Source of the DNA: Tubulanus polymorphus
Taxonomy: Eukaryota; Animalia; Nemertea
Assembly (NCBI RefSeq): GCF_964204645.1
Contig: NC_134027.1
Coordinates: 17,818,560-17,882,559 of the forward strand
DNA length: 64,000 nucleotides
Direction: 5' to 3'
Positions 22,263 through 34,896 of this stretch are shown piece after piece (the first letter of the stretch is position 1; each line of letters begins with the position of its first letter). The notes beneath the pieces were generated by a model. The model ran no database searches. It was not told the DNA's origin and worked only from the letters and a program-made list of their open reading frames with translations. A program made the position numbers and the translations under genes.

Positions 22263-23390
22263 TTATATATTTTTAATTTTACTTGATAATATCCATTCAT
22301 TGAATTTATCTGGCCATCCAACCCATTTTACTAAAGAATATTTTTTTCTTTTAATAGTTTTTGTTTTTAATACTTTTTCAATTTTATATTCTTGTTCTAG
22401 ATTTTCAGTAGTTAAACTTAATTCTTCTTCGTAAAAGTAGCCATCAACTTCTTCACCATCTAAATCTTCTAATTTATAGACATATGGATTTACTGTTATT
22501 ACCTTTTTTATTTTATATATTTCCCTAGTAAAATTTCGATCGTATCCTTTGTCAAATATCTTTTTATACTTAGAAATTCTAACATTTTGACCAACTTTAA
22601 ATTTAGATTCACCAAAATCATCTACAAGAAATGCTCCATATAAATTATTCCAAACAATTTCAGCATTTTCAGGTTTTCTAGCATCAATAGGTTTCATTCC
22701 AATAGAAGAATGATAAGAATTATTATATCCTTCTATCAATTTTGGTAAAACATCAATCCATTTAAAAGTATTATTTGCTGTAAAATATTTCCACATTCTT
22801 GTTCTTAATGTTCTATTAAATCGTTCAACAACTGCTGCTTTTTTATTCGATTTTGTTGAAAAATATTTAATATTATGATTATCTAGGGGTTCATGAACAA
22901 GTGAATTATCAATTTCTTTTCCATCATCAAATTGTATTTTTTCTGGTTTTAGTTTATCATCCGAAAGAAATTTTCTTAAAACAATTGATGTTTGTACAGC
23001 ATCTTTTCTATAAAGTGGGAAGCTCCATACATAACGACTAAAAATATCAATTATATTCAATAACCACCAATAATCATCATTATCTTTCTTAACATTTTTC
23101 ATATCAATTAAATCTCCTTGCCACTGTTGATCTACATAATTTACCATGGTTTTACGAGTTTTATATTTTCTAACAATTTTTTTATGTGTTGTATATGTTG
23201 GTTGTGCTAACATAAATTCATTTATATCTTTATATTTAACTAAATTTTGTGGGATTATGTTATCTAATTTATCTTGTTTTACTTGACGCCATATATTTTT
23301 GGTAGAAGAATAAGCAACCGAACTCTCAGGGTTGTAATATAAATTTCTTAAATATTGTTCTTTAGTATTAGGAGTTTTTTTACCGCCCAT
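22263..23390 (-). CDS. Retroviral-like (rve) DDE integrase with C-terminal chromodomain
   Basis: WQGDLID, IDIFSRY, QFDDGKE and VERFNRT motifs. Chromodomain YKIEKVL...YSLVKWVGWPDKFNEWI. Open for 375 aa. Confidence 0.96.
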   Translation of the reverse strand: MGGKKTPNTKEQYLRNLYYNPESSVAYSSTKNIWRQVKQDKLDNIIPQNLVKYKDINEFMLAQPTYTTHKKIVRKYKTRKTMVNYVDQQWQGDLIDMKNVKKDNDDYWWLLNIIDIFSRYVWSFPLYRKDAVQTSIVLRKFLSDDKLKPEKIQFDDGKEIDNSLVHEPLDNHNIKYFSTKSNKKAAVVERFNRTLRTRMWKYFTANNTFKWIDVLPKLIEGYNNSYHSSIGMKPIDARKPENAEIVWNNLYGAFLVDDFGESKFKVGQNVRISKYKKIFDKGYDRNFTREIYKIKKVITVNPYVYKLEDLDGEEVDGYFYEEELSLTTENLEQEYKIEKVLKTKTIKRKKYSLVKWVGWPDKFNEWILSSKIKNI

Positions 23391-23420
23391 TTATATATCC
23401 TTAATTTTAACTTTATATTT

Positions 23421-24669
23421 CTAATATTGAATACTATCTAATTGAGAAATTTACAATATTTAATTGTGCGTCAGATATAATATAAATGTGCATTTTGAAA
23501 TTTTTGTCTCCTCTTTTCTTTGCCATGAATAATTGTATTCCATCTTTAGTGTTCTGTAGTTTTTTCCCAGAACCATGTAATGAATTATCCTCTGTTGTTC
23601 TAAAATCTAACCATAATGCATATTTATTACCGGTATAATAATCAATTTGATTAATATTACAATTTTCAGATGATTTCACTTTTTCATTCATAAAATGTTT
23701 TCTAATTTCTGGCCATTGATCTATCATTCTCATTCCTTGACAAAATATTTTATTTGCTATTCCTTCGATAGTTATTTCTACTTTTGTTATTTCAGGATTA
23801 TAATAATTATCTACCTTTATTGCGCCATTAGAATATGTTGCAATGGTAAAAAATATTAATATACCTTTTATAGATCTTCTTGGGAAGTTAATATTCTCAT
23901 TAATAATTTCATCATTTGCATTAATAGTTACAGTTTTAAATTTATCAATATAATCATATAATAATGAAAATCCTTGATTGTATTGAGTTTGAATTGTGCT
24001 AGCAATATTTTCATTAGTTACTGTGTCATATTCTAAACATACATTCGATAATTTATAACCCATATCTTTAGCAACGCTAGATAATACAATTTCATTTACA
24101 GGAGCAAATGTTATCTCAAATATAATATCTTCTTGAATTACATATTTATATAAAGGTGCATTATTATTTATCAATTCAAAGTCTAATGGAATTTTATATT
24201 TGCTTCCATAAATCTTTTTAATCAAATTATCTGCGGCACGAGTTACTATTGCGTCATTAGCTCCTGATCTTAATTTGTTATGGTTTTCCGATTGAATGCC
24301 TTGAAATATCATATTATTTCTATTTTCTTTAGTTAACCATAAATCTTTATAATGCATAAATAAATTATAATCATCTAATGAGAAAACTGTTTCTGGACCA
24401 ATCTTTATAGTTAATTTTTTAATCAAATATCTCCCAACATTATCGACAACATAATTATTATCATGACCAGTTACTTTTATATCGGCTGATAAATAAATAC
24501 TATTTGGAACATAAAAAGTATTTTGTGTTAATCTAGGAATTCTAACATATAAAGTTTCATCGGGATTAATATTTGAAGGATTATGAGTAATTATATGATG
24601 TGATCTTTCTGCTTTAATAGCATTAGATATTCTAGAAATCTTAGAAGGACTTATATAACTCCTACTCAT
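23421..24669 (-). CDS. Major capsid protein (double jelly-roll, hexon-like); probable 1-nt frameshift near the C-terminus
   Basis: 411-aa beta-rich ORF (23434-24669) next to the integrase. Size and HNPS.I.P...LYVRIP / ALWLDFR motifs fit Polinton-type MCPs. An alternative frame gives the ending SQLDSIQY* at 23421. Confidence 0.8.
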
Positions 24670-24689
24670 TTATTTAACAAAAAAATTAT

Positions 24690-25142
24690 TTATTTATTTT
24701 TTATTATTTTTTCTTGATATCTTTTTGATATCATATTCACTAACCCAAAAATAATAGCACTTACAACTGTAATTAAAAATAAAATAATATGTTCAGCAGC
24801 AAAGTTAAGAATATTACCTGCACATTTCAATATAAAACCAACAATTGATGCAATAATTCCTGGTAAAGCTGCAGCAGATTTTTTAGATAGTTCCCATAAA
24901 TATTTTGCTAATTTTTTTAAACCATCTTTAACTTTATCTTGTATAGAATTATTATCATTCGGGGGTTTATCCGGTTTATTGGGAGTAGGAGTAGATTTCA
25001 AAGAACTTGATATTGCTAAACCAATTGTTGTAAATAACATAGTTACAGCTGTTAGAATTGAAAGAATTGTTATTCCTTCTAATTTGAATAATAACTTTAT
25101 TCTATCTTTTAATGATATTTCAGAATTTGGTTTAATCAACAA
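24690..25142 (-). pseudogene. Duplicated C-terminal part of the coiled-coil membrane protein (further copy at 25711-26130)
   Basis: Part of the 988-bp unit. Hydrophobic segments GITILSILTAVTMLFTTIGLAI and AAALPGIIASIVGFIL. Confidence 0.75.
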
Positions 25143-25327
25143 ATCTTTAAAAATAACTTTTAATCTATTAATATTATAATCATATGATTTTAATAATAAT
25201 TTAATTTCTTCTTTCTGTACTTCTAAATTATCTTTTAAATTATTAATTTCTTTTTCTAAACGTCATTCTTTTTGCCTATATTCTATTTCATCAATTACTT
25301 GATGATCTAAATCAGACTTTAGTTGTT

Positions 25328-25657
25328 CTATTTCTTTATTTGCATAAATAAATTATAATCATCTAATGAGAAAACTGTTTCTTGACCAATCTTTATAGTT
25401 AATTTTTTAATCAAATATCTCCCAACATTATCGACAAAATAATTATTATCATGACCAGTTACTTTTATATCGGCTGATAAATAAATACTATTTGGAACAT
25501 AAAAAGTATTTTGTGTTAATCTAGGAATTCTAACATATAAAGTTTCATCGGGATTAATATTTGAAGGATTATGAGTAATTATATGATGTGATCTTTCTGC
25601 TTTAATAGCATTAGATATTCTAGAAATCTTAGAAGGACTTATATAACTCCTACTCAT
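25328..25657 (-). pseudogene. Truncated MCP N-terminus (further copy at 26316-26645)
   Basis: Near-identical to the first 105 aa of the MCP, then ends at the duplication junction. Confidence 0.9.
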
Positions 25658-26665
25658 TTATTTAACAAAAAAATTATTTATTTATTTTTTATTATTTTTT
25701 CTTGATATCTTTATGATATCATATTCACTAACCCAAAAATAATAGCACTTACAACTGTAATTAAAAATAAAATAATATGTTCAGCAGCAAAGTTAAGAAT
25801 ATTACCTGCACATTTCAATATAAAACCAACAATTGATGCAATAATTCCTGGTAAAGCTGCAGCAGATTTTTTAGATAGTTCCCATAAATATTTTGCTAAT
25901 TTTTTTAAACCATCTTTAACTTTATCTTGTATAGAATTATTATCATTCGGGGGTTTATCCGGTTTATTGGGAGTAGGAGTAGATTTCAAAGAATTTGATA
26001 TTGCTAAACCAATTGTTGTAAATAACATAGTTACAGCTGTTAGAATTGAAAGAATTGTTATTCCTTCTAATTTGAATAATAACTTTATTCTATCTTTTAA
26101 TGATATTTCAGAATTTGGTTTAATCAACAAATCTTTAAAAATAACTTTTAATCTATTAATATCATAATCATATGATTTTAATAATAATTTAATTTCTTCT
26201 TTCTGTACTTCTAAATTATCTTTTAAATTATTAATTTCTTTTTCTAAACGTCATTCTTTTTGCCTATATTCTATTTCATCAATTACTTGATGATCTAAAT
26301 CAGACTTTAGTTGTTCTATTTCTTTATTTGCATAAATAAATTATAATCATCTAATGAGAAAACTGTTTCTTGACCAATCTTTATAGTTAATTTTTTAATC
26401 AAATATCTCCCAACATTATCGACAACATAATTATTATCATGACCAGTTACTTTTATATCGGCTGATAAATAAATACTATTTGGAACATAAAACGTATTTT
26501 GTGTTAATCTAGGAATTCTAACATATAAAGTTTCATCGGGATTAATATTTGAAGGATTATGAGTAATTATATGATGTGATCTTTCTGCTTTAATAGCATT
26601 AGATATTCTAGAAATCTTAGAAGGACTTATATAACTCCCACTCATTTATTTAACAAAAAAATTAT

Positions 26666-27754
26666 TTATTTATTTTTTATTATTTTTTCTTGATATCTTT
26701 TTGATATCATATTCACTAACCCAAAAATAATAGCACTTACAACTGTAATTAAAAATAAAATAATATGTTCAGCAGCAAAGTTAAGAATATTACCTGCACA
26801 TTTCAATATAAAACCAACAATTGATGCAATAATTCCTGGTAAAGCTGCAGCAGATTTTTTAGATAGTTCCCATAAATATTTTGCTAATTTTTTTAAACCA
26901 TCTTCAACTTTATCTTGTATAGAATTATTATCATTCGGGGGTTTATCCGGTTTATTGGGAGTAGGAGTAGATTTCAAAGAATTTGATATTGCTAAACCAA
27001 TTGTTGTAAATAACATAGTTACAGCTGTTAGAATTGAAAGAATTGTTATTCCTTCTAATTTAAATAATAACTTTATTCTATCTTTTAATGATATTTCAGA
27101 ATTTGGTTTAATCAACAAATCTTTAAAAATAACTTTTAATCTATTAATATTATAATCATATGATTTTAATAATAATTTAATTTCTTCTTTCTGTACTTCT
27201 AAATTATCTTTTAAATTATTAATTTCTTTTTCTAAACGTCATTCTTTTTGCCTATATTCTATTTCATTAATTACTTGATGATCTAAATCAGACTTTAGTT
27301 GTTCTATTTCTTTATTTGCATTAGTTAATTCTTTTTCCAAATACATAATTTTTTGATATCTTATACTTTTATTATGTGCAATTTTATCAGCTTCATTTCT
27401 TATACTAATAATTTCTCTAATTGCTTCATCAGAAAATATATTTAAATCTTCTAATTGTTGATCTGTTGCATCAATTAATCCATTCGGTAAAAGTTTTTCA
27501 ATTGGAACTTTATTTGATTTAAGTTTACTAGTTTTGGAAGTTATATTCTGTTCAGAAGTTGTTTCCGTTTCTAGATTATTTTTGATTATTTCAAATAATT
27601 CATTAATTCATTGTTTAAATACTCTTTTATTTTGAATTATTTCTGTGTCGGTAACATTTTCTATTTCATTACTATTACTTATTCTTTTAATTCTAGATGA
27701 TTCTAAATTACTCAAATTTGATTCTGCTAATATTTTGTTTTGATTTTTATAAAA
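26666..27754 (-). pseudogene. Coiled-coil protein with C-terminal membrane segments; two in-frame stops, start unclear
   Basis: The frame of ORF 26666-27118 extends upstream through E/K/N/L-rich heptads, with TGA at about 27240 and about 27608. Confidence 0.7.
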
Positions 27755-28540
27755 TTACTCTTTACATCTTATAACTAATTCATAAATTACTGGCAAGTTA
27801 TTCAAATCAATTAAATATCCATTGTGATTTCTTATTTCTAATTTAAAATTAGTAAATTTAGGAATGCAAGGTTTAAAATCACATTCTGTTCAATTATAAT
27901 TTATTTGCGTTCCAAATTGTTTAACATTTTTTAATGGTAAAATATTTAGTATACTAGAATTGCAAGTTTTATCTTTAGTTGCTTCAAATGTTTTTGTAGG
28001 ATCAATTAAATTGCAATAAATATAAAAGTGCGTTAAAGGCATTAAATTTGATATACCGTATGTGTTTCGGACAATAATTTTATCTGGAGGATTTCCTAAC
28101 AGTTTAGCAAAAGGTTTTTTTACCACGTAAGCATGTTTTCTTGTCAATAAAACAGCACTAATATTTTCATCATCAAACTTTACTTTAATTTTATTAGAGC
28201 TCTCACTTTTTATGAATTTAATATTAAATTTAGAATCACTACCTAATATAATCCGAGCTTTTCTATTAATTTCTTGCACTAATGTTTCTAAATTATATAA
28301 TCCTGGTGTAAGCATAAGATGAATCCATTCACGTTTAATTTTATCATAAATAAAAAAGGTTCTATGTTCATCAGTTTTATCTGATACATTATAAAAAGAA
28401 TTACATGAACTTATATTTATTAATTTTAAATCAACACAATTCTTAAATTCTCTATCTAATTGAACTAGTAAATTATGTGATTTATAATTTGTAAGTCTTC
28501 TTGAATCAACAAATATTTTGTATTCTTTTAATTCTACCAT
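27755..28540 (-). pseudogene. Minor capsid protein (penton), one premature TGA
   Basis: IFVDSR, SFYNVS, LTPGLYN and IYCNLI motifs. The same frame continues past TGA at 27890 as TECDFKPC...LEIRNHNGYLIDLNNLPVIYELVI, a penton-type C-terminus. Confidence 0.8.
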
Positions 28541-28608
28541 TATTTATAACATAAAAAAATTACCGCTCATCACTAAAAATTAATTTTAATAAAATTTTTC
28601 CTAAATAA

Positions 28609-29937
28609 ATGGATGAGAAGATACCATGCGAAATTTGTGGTGAACTTCTAAGAAAAAGTAATATGGCTCGACATACGAAAAAACATGATGAAAATTATAA
28701 ACCCCCTAAACTAAACTGCTCAAAATGTAATAAATTATTCTCGAGAAATTATGTTAAAAAACATTCAGAGAAGTGTAAAATTAATGGTGCAACGGCTAAT
28801 GTTGATAGTACCGAAAGTAACAGTAATTCTGTTGAAGTTGAACCTGAAGTTATTTGGACAAGACCTTTCTTATTCTATGATAAGGATAATATAAAAGATC
28901 ATATCTGCGAGCCTTGTCGAATGAAATTTAGTCCTGAAAATATAGAAGATTGGGAGAATCATCAATTTCGTAAAATACATATAGATAAAATTTCTAATAA
29001 ATTTGAAGCAGAATTCAATGAAAGAAAAAATAAAATATTAGGAAAAATGAAATATGAGAAAACGTTACCAGATAATAAAGAAACAGTTGAAAAGTTAGAA
29101 AAACAATATAATGAATTAACAAGAAAAACATATTATTGTAAATATTGTAAATTGATTATTACAACAAGTAATTCAAATCTACATAATAGAACAATAAAAC
29201 ATAAAGAAAACGTAAGAAAATACCAAGAGCTTAATGAAGATCTATTACTAATAAATTATAAACAAAAATGCCCACAATGTAATTATGCGACCTTAAGACA
29301 AGAAGGTACTGTGTTATTTTGTAATGAATGTGGATGGCGAAAGAATTTATGGGGTGATGAAAAAACTAGAGATTTTCTCATAGAACCAAAATTAAATTAT
29401 CTAGATGAAATTTTTAAAATATTTTCTATAGAAGATCACACATCAGAATATATGCAATGGCTTGAAAAAATGAAAATGATAGAAAATAAAAATGGTGAAA
29501 TAACTAAAAAAGATATTATAAAAACAATTATTCCATCAACATTTAACACAAAACAAAAGAAAATGTATTTATATTTATTATTTAATGATTATTATGAAAA
29601 ACCTAAATTAACAGAAGAAGATATGGAAAATATAAGAAAAACATTCAAACAAATATTAATGTATCATTTGGAAAATAGAATAACAGATTCAATTAATTAT
29701 GGATTCTTTTTAAATAAGATTGTAAATTATTTAAACATCGATATTATAATTCCATTTGACGAATTAACAAACAAAAAGAAACAAAGAGAGTGAGATGAAA
29801 TGTGGTACAAGATAGAACTTTATTTAAATGAGAAAAATGAAATGGAAGAACCTAAACAAATTATACAAGAACAATTAAATGAAAATGAAGAAGCCAATAG
29901 TGATTTCGAGTATGATGATATTGATTTTCTGTTTTAA
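28609..29937 (+). pseudogene. Multi-zinc-finger protein with poxvirus VLTF3/A2-like late transcription factor domain; premature TGA at 29791
   Basis: C2H2-type fingers, then a CPQC...CNECG ribbon, KLNYLDEIF, PKLTEEDMENIRKTFKQIL and SINYGFFLNKI. After the TGA it reads DEMWYKI plus an acidic tail to TAA at 29937. Confidence 0.75.
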
Positions 29938-32900
29938 TGGCCATAAGGTAATGTTTTTATACCATCATCTAAAATATGCCTTTTATCATCAAATGGATTC
30001 AAACTAGTTTTTTCAACTTCATTAATGTACATCTCGTGATCTTCTGATCTTAAACAATTCATTTTATGTTTCATTACAATTGAGTTATATAAACACTTTA
30101 TATATTCTTGAAATTCTATATGTTTATCAACCACATGTTTTGTTATTCCTTTTAACTTTTTAGCTTCATGATCTTTTGTTCTATAACTATACATTTTTTT
30201 CTTATCCCAACAAATTCAATCATTTCATCACCCCCTAATTCATCTTTAAATTTACCAGGAATCTTTTTATTATCATTGCTAAATAGTTCATGATCTTTGG
30301 GATAATTGCTAAAATCAAAATGATGTTTTAATGTTTTTAAGTCTTTTGTTATGTCATTTGTCTTGATTTTTAGTATGTACGCATCCGTATTGAAGCAAAT
30401 TGATGGAAATCCGCAGTTAAAGGTACCATCTTCAGTTGATAAATCATAAACATAATCTGTTGGATTATATATAATCCTAATTGAAGCCTAATGAATTACA
30501 TAATATATTTAACCCTGATATAGCAACTTTTCCTTTCTGTGCAAAGGATATCTTTTTATCCTTTGTAAATTTTTTAGCACCATCTGCTGCGTAGAATCCA
30601 ATGAAGAACCATTTTCTTAAATTATTTTTTGCATTTAATACATAATCTTTTCTTTAGTTGAAGTATTACTTTTCACTATTGCATGAATATAGAATTCATC
30701 ATTATTTTTTATAGCAAAATCTTTAGGATTATTTACAAGTATTCTATAAACTGCTGATGATTTCATAACATCCATGATTCTAAATGTTTTATGTGAATAA
30801 ACTTTTTCACAGAATTTCTTAATTCTTTCTAATAATTTCAAGTCTTGATTGCATAAATACCAACAATATTTATTACCCCAAACATAATTATACACACCTG
30901 CCGAACCATCACCCATGAAAAATCCTTTGATAAAATATTCTTTTTCTTCTAATGTTTCAGGTTCTATATTATAAATATTATCAATTATTTCATCAAATGA
31001 CATATGATTCATTCTTTGGAAAAATCTTTTATGTAATAATTCATCTCCAATTTTTATATCAGTTGGTTTTATTTCATTGCCATTTCGTTTAATTAAACTA
31101 TGATCTTCTGTAACATCTACAAACCCTAATTTAGTTCTAACTCTATAGATTTTCTTATTTGTTTTATGTCTAATAATATTCTTTAATTTTTTCCATCCAT
31201 TTCTTGTCCAAACATCCATTAATTCATTTATTTGTATTAATTCTTTTTCACCACATGAAATATAACATTCATTTTGTTTTGGAATTATTTCTGAAATTCT
31301 TCTTATCAATATTTTATCATTACATTTTAATAATATTGGGGTGTCAGCTGTTACAGAATCAAAATATAATATTTCAATATGCTTTTCCCCAAAAAGTGGT
31401 TGTAAAACATTATAATAAAAATCATACATTAATAATTTTGATACTTCTAAAACAGTTGAACCAATGAATATAGGTTTATTAAATTTCATTGACGTTCTTT
31501 TTAATTTAACTGCTTTTAAATAATCTTCAAATCTTTTATTTCCTAAATGTCTAGGACTTGATTGTAAATGTCTTAATCGTTCAGAATTATTTACTAATTC
31601 AATATCATTTCTATTTCTAATATTTTCACATGTTTTACCATAAAAACTATTATTCATTAATTTGAAGAAATCTTTTTCAAAATCTGTTTTTGATATGGTT
31701 CTTTGTTGAGTATTGAAATCTATATATTTTTCTAACCACTTCGATTGATTAAATTCAATATATCTATGTACTTTCTTTAATTTCATTCCTTGTTTTAGAT
31801 AAAATTTTAACATTCTATAATGAACAATATAATTGTATTTATTATTTTGAGTAAGTATTAATTTTTCTGTAAAAACATGATCTTTCGGTTTTATTTTCTT
31901 CTGGTATTCACTTAAATAACTATCATCTACAGTTAAATGTTCTGGGCAATAAGGTAAGTTTCTTGTTTTAAACTTTATATTTTCAGGATATTCTAAATCA
32001 ACTACAAAGAAATTGGTGCTTCATCTTTTAAACTCGCAATTGCGCTTTCCCAATCAGTTTTATCACCATTTTTAACTTCTGTTAATATAAAATTTTTATA
32101 TGGTTGAGGTTGCATCATTGCCCAACCATATAAATTATTGGCGTCAATATAAAATAATTTATATTCATCATTTGCTTTAAAATACCTATCTCCCATAACA
32201 CCACTAATTCCACCTCTAATTGATTTTTCAAATAATAAAACCATGTCTGGTTCTTTTAATAAATCTAATTCTACATTTGTGTATTTTCAACCACATCGCC
32301 AGGTTAAACCAGGACTAGAGTAGCAATAACAAGGATCAACATTAAAATGATTCAAATTAACTTCTCTAAATTTTTCAAATATGTCAGCCAATATCATAAC
32401 ATCTGATTTAAAATATAAATCAACTAATTCACCATGATTTTTCATCTTAAAATGGTTCCAAATATTAAATGTTCTATTAAACACTTCATCTTTCACATAC
32501 TCCTCTTTTAATTGATCAAAAAATTGATCTTTTAATAATTCTGTTACATTAAAATCATTGTGTGTTTTATAAAATGAATAAGGAATTGCACCTTTATATC
32601 TCAATAATTTAAAATCTTGTTCATTTGGATAATAATATCGAATTATAACAAAATCATTATCGACTAAACTTTTTGATAAATTATCTAATGAACTTGCTAG
32701 AAATCTATAAGAATCTAAAAATCTAATGCAACCAAATTGAAATGAAATATAATTTTCAGATGTTTTAGCTAATAGTTTAAAATCATATTTTCTTACATTT
32801 ACACCATTCATAGCATAATATTCTTCTATTTCTTGATTAATTGCGCCCAATTTTCCAGATAATTGTTTTATAAATAGATGGGTATCATAGCCTGATAAAT

Positions 32901-34896
32901 TATGAAATAATATTGGAACGAAATTTACTTTTTTAGCTTGTAAATTACAATATTCATGAGCAGCTCCACGATATTTTGAATTTAAATGATCATGATCTCT
33001 AACTTTTTTATCAAATGAATAAAAACGTTTTTCACAATAACAACAATGAGTTGCATAATTAAAATCAATTTCATTTTCTTTTGTCATAACTATTCTTTTA
33101 TTTTTGTTTAATAATTTTGCAAAATCACTTTCTAATTCAATTATTTTGTTACAAAAATTATTAACTACATCTTCACCTCTAAAAGAAATATATTGACTTT
33201 CATATAATTGGGGATAATTTGATTTTATGTAAATTCCATAAGCAACAGCTCTTTGATGAACTTTTTAAATTGTATTTATAATTGGTGGGTCTTGAATTAT
33301 ATCTTCATTTAATTCATTTCCTTTATCCATTGATTTTAATAATTGCTTTTTGTTATATATTTCTTTTCTATCTTGATCAGTTAATTCTTTATTCAACGAT
33401 TCAAAATCCCCATAAATTACAAATAGAAAAATATTCTTAAATTTATGATTAGTAAATTTCAATTTATAATCTTTTTCTGTTGGCATTATTAATTTACAAA
33501 AATCTTTATTATCACATAATTCTTTATGTTTTAATAATGTATTCTCAGTCATAAATTTAGATAAACATTTTCTACATAGATAAATTTTATGATGATGATC
33601 ACTTTCTGTTCTAAAGAATAAATCAATTTGTTTTAACCACATATAATGTTCATTTTCATCTTTTTTGTAATATAACAAATCTATAGCATTTTCATCATCA
33701 TAATATTCTGTTAAATATAAAGCTTCCAATGTATAATCTTTAATATTTTCACCTTTTGTATTTGGTAATTGCATTAATTCGAATACATTTATTTTTAAAT
33801 TATTAACTTTTTCTATTTTAGGAATCATTTTTATAGTTACTGGATATTGATCAATATTATATAATGTTTCATATTTCCGGTAATCTGTTATTCTACAAAC
33901 ATTTTCCTGTGTTGGATGTAAGCAACTAATAATTGACCATAGAAAACATTTATTATCTTCATTTTGAATATTTATTACTGCTTTTGTTGTAAATGGTAAT
34001 TTAATATAAGATGATGCTTTAATATCCTCCTTTTCTGTTGTAAAGTTTGAATCATTTTTAAACATTTTATTACTTTTTGATGTTTTATTTCATTTTGTAT
34101 TATAAACGTTTAAATCTAAATATATAATTTCATTCAATGTTAAGCCAGAACCCTCAAAATATCTTTCTTCAATATGACGTTTAAATTCATTAAATATTTT
34201 TTCTAAATTCTCTTTTATTTGTGTATTTGAAATTATTTCTTCAGAGAGTGTTTGAATATTATAATCCATTTTATCTTCTGACTTTAAAAAACTTACTTTC
34301 CCAGAGATACTAATTTTTGGATATTCAACATCTGTTATCAAATCTAGTATTTTTTCTATTATTTCATGAAATTTACTATAATCTTCTATTGTTGTTCCTT
34401 TAAAAAATCTAAATATAATAGCTGCAGGACCAATTTTACTATGTAATGTTTCTAAAATTTCAATTGTATCTTTTATTTCTAGTGAATCAATATAATTTCT
34501 AACATTTTCCATGTAAGGTTTATTTGAAATGGATTTAGTTTTTGAAGTTGGTTTTTTTACTTGTTGAGGTTTATCATCAAAATAATCTTTTCCTAAAACA
34601 TTATTGCTCAAATTTTGATGGTGTTTTTCTGTTTCGAGATGTCTATTATAATTCCTTTTTGTTATAAATTCATCACAAACTTCACATTTTATTTCATCCG
34701 CATTCATATTTTCTAATCTTTCTTTTCTTTCATTGGAATTTTCTGGAATTTCAAAATCTATAACATTTTTTATATGATTTGAAGATCTTTCATGGCGCGA
34801 TTTTTGAGATTTATCGATGTATTTTTTACAATATGGACAATAATATTGATTTTTATTAACATTATTATTTTCTGGCTGGTGTTCATTCTCCCCCAT
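29934..34896 (-). pseudogene. polB: Protein-primed family B DNA polymerase with intein, disrupted
   Basis: Fragments 34090-34896, 33265-34065, 32287-33087, 32002-32244, 30635-31813 and 29934-30194 are collinear with element A polB. Motifs YGDFES, FHNLSGYD, YIDANNLYG, KLMNNSFYGK and YFD|TD. Confidence 0.95.
30389..31357 (-). mobile_element. Intein with LAGLIDADG homing endonuclease (frameshifted) in pPolB motif C
   Basis: YFD|SVTADTPILL (block A), VDVTEDHSL (block B TxxH), FIKGFFMGDGS and FFIGFYAADG (LAGLIDADG helices), YVYDLST (block F) and ICFN|TDAYILKIKT. Element A reads YFDTDSYILKIKT uninterrupted. Confidence 0.93.

Larger units (their letters stand above)
24353..27321. repeat. Tandem triplication of a 988-bp unit (MCP 5' end plus membrane protein 3' end)
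   Basis: MCP starts at 24669, 25657 and 26645. TGCAT microhomology at 24353, 25341, 26329 and 27317. Confidence 0.97.

Noticed and set aside
6820-29793. Alternative genetic code or programmed readthrough explaining the in-frame stops
   Set aside because: The stops are a mix of TGA and TAA at positions implying different original residues, and they co-occur with frameshifts. Ordinary decay is sufficient.
24979-31467. Plus-strand ORFs 24979, 25967, 26955 and 31204
   Set aside because: Antisense to the membrane-protein and polB/intein frames.
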